Positions 1 to 9,722 of a DNA stretch of 64,000 nucleotides are shown here, in pieces. Each line of letters opens with the position of its first letter. Within the stretch, counting starts at the first letter, position 1. The stretch is from Candidatus Poribacteria bacterium. GTDB lineage: Bacteria; Poribacteria; WGA-4E; PCPOR2b. The DNA lies in the NCBI GenBank assembly GCA_965208675.1, contig OZ242351.1, positions 4,448,001 through 4,512,000 on the forward strand, read 5' to 3'. The notes under the pieces are model-generated. The model ran no database searches. It saw only the letters and a program-made list of their open reading frames with translations, and was not told the origin of the DNA. The position numbers and the translations under genes are program-made.

Positions 1-2814
1 TTCGGGCGTGACTCCAAACCGTCCTGAAGCCACCTGCTTGATTGCGCTGGAAGCTAAATCTCCGTTTGAACGGCGATGATACCGCGCCGGATCTTCGCCT
101 CCCTCGCCGCTGCCTGACTTGGCACCGATTCGGTTCATGCCGATGGCAATAGTCTCATGCGCTTCTCGGCTTAGGGCGCCGAAGGACATACTTCCAGTTG
201 AAAAACGCTGAATAATCAATTCGATAGGCTCGACCTCTTCAATGGGGATGGGTTTCCCTGCCTTGAACGATAGCAGCTCACGAAGACTTGATTGCTCACC
301 CTTCTCTACAGCTTCTGCGTAAGTTTTGTAGTCTTCGTAGTCGCCGCTCTTGGCTAGCCGATGGAGCGACTTAAAGACCGAAGGATTAAATGCGTGAAAT
401 TCTCCTGTTCTGCGAAAGCGAAAGTCGCCGGATTCCTCAAGCCCGCCTTTGCTATCCAGACCGAATGCCTTCGTGTGAAAATGGAGTACTTCCATGGCGA
501 TATCCGTGAAGCCGATACCGCCCAATGGCGATGCAGTGCCAGTGAAACAGGTGTCGATGACGGTACTGTTTAGGCCGATTGCTTGAAATATTTGTGCGCC
601 GCGGTAGCTCGAAACCGTCGAGATTCCCATCTTCGACATAATCTTGAGGATGCCTTTCTCTACCGTTTGGCAGTAATTGACCAGTGCGTTCTCCAATGGG
701 ATGCCTTGAATTTCACCCGTATTCACAAGATGAGCAATTGTTTCGAAAGCCACGTAGGGATTAATTGCGTTCGCGCCGTAACCGAGCAAAAGGGCATAGT
801 GATGTTCCTCCCGCGGTTCTCCGGTTTCCACGACCAAGCTAACCTGCATCCGCTTGCCTTCGCGAATAAGGTGATGATGGACTGCCCCGACCGCTAGGAG
901 CATGGGAATAGGTGCATTCTCGGCGTTTACGTCGCGGTCGCTCAATATCAGGATGGTAATCCCGCTATCAACCGTAGCCGCGGCTGATTGACACAACTCC
1001 GTAAGCGTCTTCTCCAGGCCTTCCTTTCCGTTCGCGACGGGGAAGAGCGTGGAAAGTGTTGCGGTTTGGAAGTCGGGGGCGTCAAAGTTTTTTAGCCACT
1101 GCAACTGTTCACGCGTCAGGATAGGGGAGGGCAGTTGAATTAATCGGGCGTGAGCCTCAGTCTCCTCAAGTAAACTTCGCCTCCGCCCTAGATAGGTTGA
1201 GAGAGACATGACGAGCCGCTCACGAAGAGAATCAATCGGCGGATTCGTGACTTGAGCAAACAACTGCTTGAAATAGCTGTAAAGCAGACGAGACTTTCGA
1301 GAGATTACTGCAGGCGGTGTGTCATCGCCAAGGGAGCCGACCGCTTCCTTGACTTCGATAACCATCGGTATCAAAAATCGCTTCACATCTTCAATGGCGT
1401 ATCCGAATGATTTTTGTTGACGTAGGAGCGTTACGGGATCTTCAGTGGCTGTCTCACGATCATGCCTTTCAATAGCCCTTGGCTTTATCAGATTGCGCGA
1501 TACCCATTCCGCGTACGGTTTTTTCCCTGCGACCACCATTTTAATCTCCGCATCCTTCAGAAGCCTGCCCTGCGCCGTATCTACGGCAATCATCTGTCCG
1601 GGGCCGAGACGCCCTTTTTCAATCACTCGACTATCGTCAAGCTCTATTAACCCTACTTCCGACCCCATAATAACGATGCCGTCTTCGGTGACTTTGTAGC
1701 GCGCAGGGCGTAACCCGTTGCGATCTAAGGCGGCACCGACAATCACTCCGTTACTGAAAGCCACGGATGCAGGACCATCCCACGGTTCGCTGAGGCAAGA
1801 TAGGTATTCGTAACAGCCGCGCAGCGTTTCATCAATCCCGGGCATGTTCTCGTAAGAATCCGGAATTAGACACATCATGGCATGAAGTGGATTTCGTCCG
1901 GAGAGTGCCAAGAGTTCTAAAGCATTATCAAGGCTCATGGAATCACTGCCATCGGGATCAATGATTGGTTTGAGCTTTTCCAAAAGATTGCCCCAAATCG
2001 GGGAGCGAAGTTCCGATTCTCGAGCACGCATCCAATTGCGATTTCCTAGCAGGGTGTTAATCTCCCCATTGTGGCCCAGCATGCGGAAAGGCTGTGCTAG
2101 AAACCAGTCAGGGAAAGTGTTGGTGCTGTAACGTTGGTGAAAAAGCGCCAGCGCTGTTTCATATTCGGGGTCGCGTAAATCGTGGTAAAACCGATCGAGT
2201 TGAGGCGCAACAAACAACCCTTTGTAGACAATGGTGCGGTGGGAGAACGATGGAATATAAAAATCTTGAATCCCCTTGTTCGCTACATGGTGTTCGATTT
2301 CTTTGCGTACCAGATACAGGCGTTGTTCGAACATCTCATCCGTGAAGCTACTCGGGCGGCCGACCAAGATTTGTTGAATCTCTGGCATGGTTGTTAAGGC
2401 TTTTTCGCCGAGTATTGAGGCGTCTATCGGTACAGGACGCCATCCCAATAGGGGAAACTCATAGTAGGACAACAATTCCTCAATCACTGTACGGCAGCGT
2501 TCTTGAGCGGGAAGGTCATGGCGCGGCAGAAAAATCATACCGACAGCCAAGTCGCTGCTAGACGAAAGATGTACGCCAAGTTTTTCTGCTTCTCTCCAGA
2601 AAAGTTTTTCCGGTATTTGCGTCAGGACTCCAGCACCATCGCCAGTCTTGGCATCAGCGTCAACCGCGCCGCGGTGGGTAAGATTTATGACTGATTGAAT
2701 CGCTAGTTTGAGGATTTCGCGGCTGCGGTTGCCTGAGATTTCAGCGACAAATCCAACGCCGCAGGAATCGTGCTCAAACCGGGGATGGTACAACCCATTA
2801 TAAGTATCTCTCAT
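1..2814 (-). CDS. gltB: Glutamate synthase large subunit (5' part, runs off window start)
   Basis: Not in the ORF track because it is truncated. The reverse strand from ATG 2814 reads MRDTYNGLYHPRFEHDSCGVGFVAE (Ntn Cys), includes HQRYSTNTFP and HNGEINT, and ends IKQVASGRFGVTPE at position 1. Confidence 0.96.
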   Translation of the reverse strand, partial: MRDTYNGLYHPRFEHDSCGVGFVAEISGNRSREILKLAIQSVINLTHRGAVDADAKTGDGAGVLTQIPEKLFWREAEKLGVHLSSSSDLAVGMIFLPRHDLPAQERCRTVIEELLSYYEFPLLGWRPVPIDASILGEKALTTMPEIQQILVGRPSSFTDEMFEQRLYLVRKEIEHHVANKGIQDFYIPSFSHRTIVYKGLFVAPQLDRFYHDLRDPEYETALALFHQRYSTNTFPDWFLAQPFRMLGHNGEINTLLGNRNWMRARESELRSPIWGNLLEKLKPIIDPDGSDSMSLDNALELLALSGRNPLHAMMCLIPDSYENMPGIDETLRGCYEYLSCLSEPWDGPASVAFSNGVIVGAALDRNGLRPARYKVTEDGIVIMGSEVGLIELDDSRVIEKGRLGPGQMIAVDTAQGRLLKDAEIKMVVAGKKPYAEWVSRNLIKPRAIERHDRETATEDPVTLLRQQKSFGYAIEDVKRFLIPMVIEVKEAVGSLGDDTPPAVISRKSRLLYSYFKQLFAQVTNPPIDSLRERLVMSLSTYLGRRRSLLEETEAHARLIQLPSPILTREQLQWLKNFDAPDFQTATLSTLFPVANGKEGLEKTLTELCQSAAATVDSGITILILSDRDVNAENAPIPMLLAVGAVHHHLIREGKRMQVSLVVETGEPREEHHYALLLGYGANAINPYVAFETIAHLVNTGEIQGIPLENALVNYCQTVEKGILKIMSKMGISTVSSYRGAQIFQAIGLNSTVIDTCFTGTASPLGGIGFTDIAMEVLHFHTKAFGLDSKGGLEESGDFRFRRTGEFHAFNPSVFKSLHRLAKSGDYEDYKTYAEAVEKGEQSSLRELLSFKAGKPIPIEEVEPIELIIQRFSTGSMSFGALSREAHETIAIGMNRIGAKSGSGEGGEDPARYHRRSNGDLASSAIKQVASGRFGVTPE

Positions 2815-3377
2815 CCAACACCGCCTAGTTTGCCGGATTCGGTTTCATGTTGGAACATTTTCGCTGCTAGTGATGCAAAGGTTGACAAATTTTTTATGTA
2901 TTGCACGTGTTTTAATTGATGTCTCTTTATCTGTTAAGTAGATGAAGGTTTTGTGAGCCAATTGCTATTATCCCTTTTGCATTAAGCCGAGTTTTATGTG
3001 ACCAATGTCCGATTATACTGAAAAAGGGAATCAAAATTTAATTGTGTTTCCGCATGCCATTCTAAGCCGCAAGGAAGAACCGTGGACATCAAAGATTCTT
3101 CGCAAATTTAATCCCAATGCTTGAGTTGAGGCTCAGGATGGCATGCTTATACGCATGCCGATTAAACCCAGAATTGGACTTCGGCGCCGTTAATTTAGTC
3201 TTGAGCTAAGGGAACCGCATGTCTCACAATCCCCTGGGGGAAGTGTTTCCTGCGGTGCATGAAGGCTAGGGCGAAAGGGGAGTCCATCTCGCAGGAAGGG
3301 AAGACCATCTTACGGGGGTACTGCAAACTAATCACTGATTCTTGTTTTCGTGTAATTATCGCATACATACGACTTAA

Positions 3378-3406
3378 ATGATACATCAGAACGATACTGA
3401 TGTCAA
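3378..3406 (-). promoter_or_regulatory. sigma70-type promoter toward gltB with an overlapping inverted repeat
   Basis: Minus strand TTGACA-17 nt-TATCAT with extended TG. ACATCAG-N7-CTGATGT (3383-3403) spans the spacer. Confidence 0.55.
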
Positions 3407-3675
3407 GAAAATTTGGTTACGGCATAAATTGGCTCCAGCGCTTTAAACACGGCGGACAGTCCAGCGGTTTGGCATTTTTGCCACTCCACCGAATACTTCA
3501 AACCCACGCCATTGAGGTCTCTCGCGGCTGCCATGCAGCTATTCGTGATAGTAATCATAAATATCAAATAGGCATCATGCTACTGCACTACATCGGTGCG
3601 ATTGTGCCACTATAGCACAAATCGATGGGGAGATCAATGAAAAAACGGGGGTGTGATTGCGAATATCTTTTTGGT

Positions 3676-3705
3676 TTGACAGGAAGCGTGGTTAAGTGAT
3701 AAGAT
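3676..3705 (+). promoter_or_regulatory. Putative sigma70 promoter for the crystallin/flotillin cluster
   Basis: TTGACA-18 nt-TAAGAT upstream of the 3912 ATG. Confidence 0.4.
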
Positions 3706-3911
3706 AATACGTTAAATCTGAAATTGATTTTTTCAATTTTAATGTGAAATCGTGCGGCACGCGTGTTAGCTCCTGCAACGTCGCAATGCTGGGGGATGAA
3801 CACAAGTGTGCAACGCACGGTTGATATGTCCGAAGCGAAGAATTTCATTCATTAACAATCATCTGATTCGCAACACGAAACATTGAGCGCAAGCGATTTG
3901 GAGGATACGAA

Positions 3912-5327
3912 ATGGCACTCACGCCCCGATTAGTTGTTGAAGTTTTTGAGCATGTAAACTATCAGGGACGCAAAGCCACAATTATTGATTCCGTATCAAA
4001 TACGGAAGGCGTTGGTGTCCAAGATGTCATTTCCTCGATCCGAATTTATAAAGGGCCGGGTTTCAATGCTTCCCCCAATTACAAAGCGATTTTCCATGAG
4101 ACTGCCAATTACCAAGGGCGAAGATTGGTTCTTGGACCGGGATTCTATCCAAACATCCACGATATTCCATACAACTTTGGCGATATAATTTCTTCCATTA
4201 GTTTTAGTCCTGCTGCCAACCCGACCCCGCCGGACTATGGTGCGATTCCTGTCATTATTGAGGCGTTCCAAGATCTCGACTTTCATGGTCAAACGAGCAT
4301 AATTATGCGGGATGTCAGCAATCTGCGAGATATTGGAATGGACGATGCAATCTCGTCTTTGCGCATTCAGCGCGGCCCTAACTTTCCTTTTAGTGGATGT
4401 CATGTGGTTTTTTACGACCAGCCGAATTTTGAAGGGCGGCGGATGAACATACAGTTAACCTCACGCGAGTTCAGGGTGAGTCTTCGGAATCTCCACGAGG
4501 TGCCTCAATCATTTTCGGACATAATCTCCTCTGTGAAAATAGTGCCGCTCGGCGCCTTTCGCGTCCTGGTTGTGGTTGGCTACCGCACTACCCCGGAACC
4601 GTCTATATTGGAATCTCTCACGAAAATTGAGGGTCACGAATTCCAGTTTAAAACAATCAATATTAATCCTAACCCCGACAACTTTGGAGATTCGAAAACC
4701 GCCGTAAAACTTTCTAGCGAAGTCCTCTCGGAATACGACATTATCTGGTTTACATGGTTTGCGGCGGCGCACGACCAAGAATACTTTGTTGAGGACGCCG
4801 ACGAGGCTATTAAAGATTTTGTAAGGAGGGGCGGGATTGTTTGGGCGTCATCCATGGATAACAACATTATTCCCCCTGACGGCGTGTATACGCACGAACC
4901 GATGTGGCGCGGCGACTGGCTGCCTGTGGAACGGCATCCGATTCGTATCGTCAACTCGGACGATGTGAATATCAACATTACACCCGAAGGGCAGAAAACA
5001 GGGTTGTTCACGTGGCCCCACCAAGTTGATGTGAATGCGTTGGTGACCGATGATCACTGGGTTACAGATGATCCCGCATATACGCGATTGGGAGTGCGCA
5101 GCGACAATAACGAAATTGTGAGTTTTCAATTACGGTGGGGTGATGGTTATTATGTTACTTTTGCGATAGATACGCGCGATGCACGTAGAGCATCCCTCGC
5201 CAAAACCTTGATTGAAAACGCCCTTTGCTATCTGGCGAGCCTAGCCTGGCAAACCTCACCTCGACAACCGCTCAAAGGGCGGCACCGCACCCCTTCGAGT
5301 AATGAGTGGCACGGACAAATTATTTAA
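3912..5327 (+). CDS. Beta/gamma-crystallin domain protein with a C-terminal alpha/beta (class I GATase-like fold?) domain
   Basis: Four Greek-key motifs: FEHVNYQG..DVISS, FHETANYQG..DIISS, FQDLDFHG..DAISS, FYDQPNFEG..DIISS. C-terminal YDIIW..IKDFVRRGG. GGAGG SD; no signal peptide. Confidence 0.8.
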   Translation: MALTPRLVVEVFEHVNYQGRKATIIDSVSNTEGVGVQDVISSIRIYKGPGFNASPNYKAIFHETANYQGRRLVLGPGFYPNIHDIPYNFGDIISSISFSPAANPTPPDYGAIPVIIEAFQDLDFHGQTSIIMRDVSNLRDIGMDDAISSLRIQRGPNFPFSGCHVVFYDQPNFEGRRMNIQLTSREFRVSLRNLHEVPQSFSDIISSVKIVPLGAFRVLVVVGYRTTPEPSILESLTKIEGHEFQFKTININPNPDNFGDSKTAVKLSSEVLSEYDIIWFTWFAAAHDQEYFVEDADEAIKDFVRRGGIVWASSMDNNIIPPDGVYTHEPMWRGDWLPVERHPIRIVNSDDVNINITPEGQKTGLFTWPHQVDVNALVTDDHWVTDDPAYTRLGVRSDNNEIVSFQLRWGDGYYVTFAIDTRDARRASLAKTLIENALCYLASLAWQTSPRQPLKGRHRTPSSNEWHGQII

Positions 5328-5451
5328 TCGTAATCATAAATTGTGACACCAATTGGAAGGAGCATTCGTCCAACTTTGCCGTTTTCCCGATATCTGTTTT
5401 TGTGAGTTTTAAGTTCACACATTTGAACCCTCCACGTTATAGGAGTAGTCA

Positions 5452-7719
5452 ATGCGTTTGATCGGTGTCATCGTAATCACCGTGGTGGTTGCGATAGTGG
5501 TTGGAATCTTGGCTAACGAGCAGCTAGCTGATGCTGTTGAAGGGTTGATTCGCTGGTTAATGATTACAGGCGTCATAGTCCTTGCAATCCTCGTTGCCTT
5601 TATTGGTTCTGTCATTCGTTACAGGAAGCCGAAATCTGATATCGCACTGGTTCGAACTGGCGGCCGCCGCGAGAAGATAACCATCACCGGCGGTATGTGG
5701 ATCAACACGATTATCCACGAAGTCAAGGAAATCTCACTGAATACTATGCGCATTGAAGTTGTTCGGGAAGCGCAAGAGGCGTTGATTACCGTCGACTTAA
5801 ACCGGGCGGATACCGAAGCGGTGTTCTATCTCAAAGTTGAACCGATTACGGATGAAATTTTGAGAGCGGCTCAAGCGCTCGGAGATAAATCGATGACGCC
5901 GGAGACTGTGCGTGAACTCATTGAGCCAAAACTCGAAGGCGCATTAAGAAGCGTGGCTGCCGAGACCGAAATCCAAGATTTGTTGCAGAAGCGGCAGGAG
6001 TTCGCTGACAACGTCCAAAAAGCGGTAGGATTGGATTTAAAAAATCAAAACGGACTTACGCTTGAAACCGTCTCAATTATCCGTATCGACCAAACCCCCG
6101 TCGCAACGCTGGATACGGAGAACCGATTTGATGCGGTGGGTATTCGTACAATTACCGAGATTACTGCGGACCAGGCAAGGGAAAAGGAACGGATTGTTCA
6201 GGAAAAAGAGGTTGCGATTGTCCGCATTGATGTTGATGCACGCATCCAAAAACTCGAAGCGGAGCAGGCACAGGCTTTGGCGGAATCCGATCAACAGCGG
6301 AACATCGCCATCTATGCAGCGGAAAGAGAAGCCGATACCCTAAAATTCCAATTCGAAATGGAGCAGGGTGTGCAAGAGCGCGAGTACGTAATGAAGCAGG
6401 AGGTGGAGAGGGCGCGGATTATTCAGGAGCAGGTGGTTCAAGAGCGGGAAATCGAGATGAACAGGGAAGTAGAACTTGCCCGCGTTGAACAGGAGCAGGC
6501 GGTCGCAGAGCGAGAAATCCAGATGAACCTCGTGGTTGAAACGAAGCAGATTGAGCAGTCCAAGGCAGTGGAACTGGCTGAGATTGAGCGAATTTTGACG
6601 GTCGAAACGCGGCGGATTGAACAAGAAGAAACCGTAGCAATCCGAGAGTTTGAGAAGACATTAGCAATCGAGAAGGCGCGCATCGCCCAGGAAGAGGGCG
6701 TTGAGTTGAGGGACATTGAGCGGACGTTGGCGGTAGAGACCTCTAGGATTGCACAAGAGCAGCAGGTACAACTGCGTGATATTGAGAAAAACCTTGTTAT
6801 TGAAACCGGACAGATAAGCCAGTCCCGTCAGGTCGAACTTGCCGAGATTGACAAGATGCAGGTCGTGGAAGTGCGCGAGATGGAGAAGACCCTCTTCGTC
6901 GAGAGGGCGCGCATCGCTCAAGAGGAAGGCGTTGAGTTGAGAGATATTGAGCGGCTATTGGCGGTGGAGACCTCCCGATTCGCGCAAGAGCAACAAGTAC
7001 AGCAGCGTGAAATTGAGAAGAACTTGGTAGTTGAAACCGCACAGATTGGCCAGATGCGCCAAGTCGAACTTGCCGAGATACAAAAAATCTTGACGGTTGA
7101 GCAGGCGCGTATTAGTCAGGAACTGACAGTCGCGTTGAGGGACGAAGATCGGAAAATCGAGGTCGCCCATAAACAGCAGGTCACAGCATTGGCGGAACGC
7201 GACAAGTTGTTGGCGCAAGCAGAGGAAGTGGGCGCACAAGTTACGGTTACAGCGACCCAGGAGGTTGGAGAGGCTGAATGGCAGCGTGATGTTGCCGTGA
7301 TTGGTGCAGAGGCGCAGGCGCAGCCGATTGAACGCCTTGCTGATGCTGTGCTCGCCGAAGCAAGAGCGAAGGCGCAGGGTGAAATGGCGCATTTAGAGGC
7401 GCGAAATGTTGCCGAGCAACGTGTCCTGGTTCAGGAAGCGATTCTGGATCTCATCGATACATCGCCTGAACTTGTTGAGAGACTCATGAAGCCGGTCGAG
7501 CAGATTGACAGCATTAAAATTCTCGACATGGGCGGCGACAATCAGGGCGGCGTCAACCGCAGCAACATGGGACGCCTTGCAAACACGCTGCTTGACACTG
7601 GTGCTATTTCGCCCATGTTGAAGGAATTGTTCAATTTTGCCGATGTTGACGCGCAACAAGTCGCTGATAAAATCGCTCAATATCTTGCCGATTTGGTGAA
7701 CCGCCCGAGAGAATCGTAA
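5452..7719 (+). CDS. Flotillin/SPFH (YqiK/FloT-like) protein with an extended 11-residue-repeat coiled coil
   Basis: Two N-terminal TM helices; SPFH motifs (ALVRTGG, EGALRSVAAE, GLTLETVSI); YqiK-type NRFDAVG; C-terminal KPVEQIDSIKI. Confidence 0.9.
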   Translation: MRLIGVIVITVVVAIVVGILANEQLADAVEGLIRWLMITGVIVLAILVAFIGSVIRYRKPKSDIALVRTGGRREKITITGGMWINTIIHEVKEISLNTMRIEVVREAQEALITVDLNRADTEAVFYLKVEPITDEILRAAQALGDKSMTPETVRELIEPKLEGALRSVAAETEIQDLLQKRQEFADNVQKAVGLDLKNQNGLTLETVSIIRIDQTPVATLDTENRFDAVGIRTITEITADQAREKERIVQEKEVAIVRIDVDARIQKLEAEQAQALAESDQQRNIAIYAAEREADTLKFQFEMEQGVQEREYVMKQEVERARIIQEQVVQEREIEMNREVELARVEQEQAVAEREIQMNLVVETKQIEQSKAVELAEIERILTVETRRIEQEETVAIREFEKTLAIEKARIAQEEGVELRDIERTLAVETSRIAQEQQVQLRDIEKNLVIETGQISQSRQVELAEIDKMQVVEVREMEKTLFVERARIAQEEGVELRDIERLLAVETSRFAQEQQVQQREIEKNLVVETAQIGQMRQVELAEIQKILTVEQARISQELTVALRDEDRKIEVAHKQQVTALAERDKLLAQAEEVGAQVTVTATQEVGEAEWQRDVAVIGAEAQAQPIERLADAVLAEARAKAQGEMAHLEARNVAEQRVLVQEAILDLIDTSPELVERLMKPVEQIDSIKILDMGGDNQGGVNRSNMGRLANTLLDTGAISPMLKELFNFADVDAQQVADKIAQYLADLVNRPRES
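6370..7162 (+). repeat. Intragenic 33-bp (11-aa) repeat array with a 231-bp higher-order duplication
   Basis: About 24 consecutive units such as VERARIIQEQV, VELRDIERTLA, VETSRIAQEQQ. Blocks starting at 6670 and 6901 are near-identical (offset 231 nt = 77 aa). Confidence 0.85.
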
Positions 7720-7852
7720 CGGGACTTTGCGCCGCTGGAACGTGCGTTTTCCTGTCAATTATTTAACTCCAGGCAGCGGCTGCAGAATAGTCTCTCAAAA
7801 TAGCATTTCAAGTTACGGTCCGAGTCGAGACTTAAGAAGATGAGGTGCTTGG

Positions 7853-9154
7853 ATGGCGCGGTTTAATCCATTTGGACTACCATGGAGACGGCTCAAAAAG
7901 AATCGCTGCCGTACCTGCCGCACGGATAATGGCAAGCGTGTGTGTCCGGCGTTAAGCGGCGTTTTAATATGTCCGGCGTGCTGCCAAGCGAAACGCGCTA
8001 AAATTCCAGGCTGCGATGAGCGTTGCCGTTATTATATGCCTCTGATTCGAGCGAGCAAAATACACCCCCCGCCCGACTATCCCATCTATAAATGCTTGAT
8101 TAGTAACTCAAAACGCACCGGCATGCTAAGCGTTATTGTTGCGCGGGAGCGGCCTGACGGTAATTTGAAGGCGATGTTTCTGCTGCTCGATCTCTGGAAA
8201 AGGGGCATCCGCGACTGTTTTGTTGATGCCAATCTGCCCAAAGCCCATCTCGACCGATATTGTGAGAAATTGGGTAAATCTTACGATCTTGCCGACCACC
8301 TACCGGAAAACGAGGTCGAAGCCGAGGGGAATTTAATTGAAATGCCTCACAACACCATCGTGGTCGAAGCCGAATCCGCTATGCAGATTGACGATGGAGT
8401 AAATATTATTGAGGTGGACGGCGCGTCCGATGGAAAAGCAATTGATAGCGCGACCGGTGCGCGGGCGGTGCATGAAATTAACATACCGAAAGCGGGTAAG
8501 TGGTATGTATGGATTCGTGCATTCTTTCCGGAACGCAGCAAGGATTCGTATTGGATTGGGATGGACGATGCCGAACCTCATCCGTGGGATAGCGCTGGGG
8601 GACCTGGCGCAATTAAGATTTACGCCGAACAGGGCGATTCAGACAGTAAAACGGATTCAGCTTGGGGTGTCTGGTACTGGGATTCCGGAGTGAAAAGCGA
8701 ATCTTTCTCCAATGCGTTTTTTGATGTAAAGAAGCGCGGGAAATATAGATTGTGGTCTAAGGGACGCGAACCCGGTTCTATATTGGATCAGATATTGTTG
8801 ACGATGGACGAGAAGTTTAACCCGGAGGAGGCGTCCGACGGAGCGACGATTCCGGTGCCGGCAACCGTTTATCCATTTGAGCCGGTTCGGTTTGCTGAAT
8901 GCCAAGCGCTTATCCGTTATGCGCTGGATATGGCGACAGAAATTAAAACTGAAATTCCGTGGGAATTCGAATATTGGCGAAGCATTGTGGGCGACCTCTC
9001 TAATGTGCCGGAGATGGAGGGATCACTGTACAAATGTCCGAAGTGCGGCGAGGATTTGCCGGAGCCTGCAGTCGATTTGATGAAAGAACATGCGCAGTCG
9101 GACGATATTCAGTTTTATATTCTGTGCCGTAAATGCGGCGGCGAATTTGATTAA
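7853..9154 (+). CDS. Hypothetical protein: N-terminal Cys-rich Zn finger, inserted CBM-like beta-sandwich, C-terminal CxxC..CxxC ribbon
   Basis: CRTC..CPA..CPACC..C..C at the N-terminus; EAES..GKWYVWIR..DSYW..REPG..LDQILLT in the middle; CPKC..CRKC at the C-terminus. Confidence 0.7.
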   Translation: MARFNPFGLPWRRLKKNRCRTCRTDNGKRVCPALSGVLICPACCQAKRAKIPGCDERCRYYMPLIRASKIHPPPDYPIYKCLISNSKRTGMLSVIVARERPDGNLKAMFLLLDLWKRGIRDCFVDANLPKAHLDRYCEKLGKSYDLADHLPENEVEAEGNLIEMPHNTIVVEAESAMQIDDGVNIIEVDGASDGKAIDSATGARAVHEINIPKAGKWYVWIRAFFPERSKDSYWIGMDDAEPHPWDSAGGPGAIKIYAEQGDSDSKTDSAWGVWYWDSGVKSESFSNAFFDVKKRGKYRLWSKGREPGSILDQILLTMDEKFNPEEASDGATIPVPATVYPFEPVRFAECQALIRYALDMATEIKTEIPWEFEYWRSIVGDLSNVPEMEGSLYKCPKCGEDLPEPAVDLMKEHAQSDDIQFYILCRKCGGEFD

Positions 9155-9204
9155 ATTACAATTTGGAATTACGCATTTGAAGTTTTCGGACTGTGTATTT
9201 TTTG

Positions 9205-9233
9205 TTGCAAAGGATTGGGTTCTGATATATAAT
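9205..9233 (+). promoter_or_regulatory. sigma70 promoter of the nuo operon
   Basis: TTGCAA-17 nt-TATAAT. Confidence 0.55.
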
Positions 9234-9326
9234 TTATGGTAGCGAGTGCGAATTGAGGATGTAAATTTTTTTTGCTTACGGCTTGTGATATTTTTCACAA
9301 ACTCCGTTTGAAAGGCTCGGAAATAC

Positions 9327-9722
9327 ATGGATCTCGATTTTGCGAATGTATTGATTTTCTTGGTTGTCGGGTGCGTGTTTGTGCTTCTTAACCTGACCGT
9401 TTCCCGCCTGCTTCAGACCCGGATTTTCACCGAAGAGAAATATATTCCATACGAATGCGGCGAGGATCCGGTAGGCGATACTCGAATAAAATTTAACGCT
9501 CGATTCTACATCATCGCTCTCATATTCCTAATATTTGACGTTGAAATTGTGTTTCTATTTCCGTGGGGGGTTGTGTTTCGTGAAATCGGTGTCCTGGCAT
9601 TTGTCGAAATGGTAATATTCATTGCCATTTTGTTGATTGGGCTGGCTTACGTGTGGGTCAAGGGTGATCTAGAGTGGATACGGTCGATTCAGTCGGGAAG
9701 TAAGGAGAGTGAAGTACAATGA
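9327..9722 (+). CDS. nuoA: NADH-quinone oxidoreductase subunit A
   Basis: [21 protein letters not shown], three TM helices. Confidence 0.96.
   Translation: MDLDFANVLIFLVVGCVFVLLNLTVSRLLQTRIFTEEKYIPYECGEDPVGDTRIKFNARFYIIALIFLIFDVEIVFLFPWGVVFREIGVLAFVEMVIFIAILLIGLAYVWVKGDLEWIRSIQSGSKESEVQ

Noticed and set aside
361-2694. Many short plus-strand ORFs
   Set aside because: Antisense shadows of gltB, which the ORF track missed because it is truncated.
2811-2858. 15-codon minus-strand ORF overlapping the gltB start (possible leader peptide)
   Set aside because: No SD, no Glu/Gln codon run and no attenuator structure; compatible with chance.
3750-3775. sigma54 promoter before the crystallin gene (CGGCAC..TTAGC)
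   Set aside because: GG-GC spacing is 11 rather than 10 nt and the -12 box is poor.
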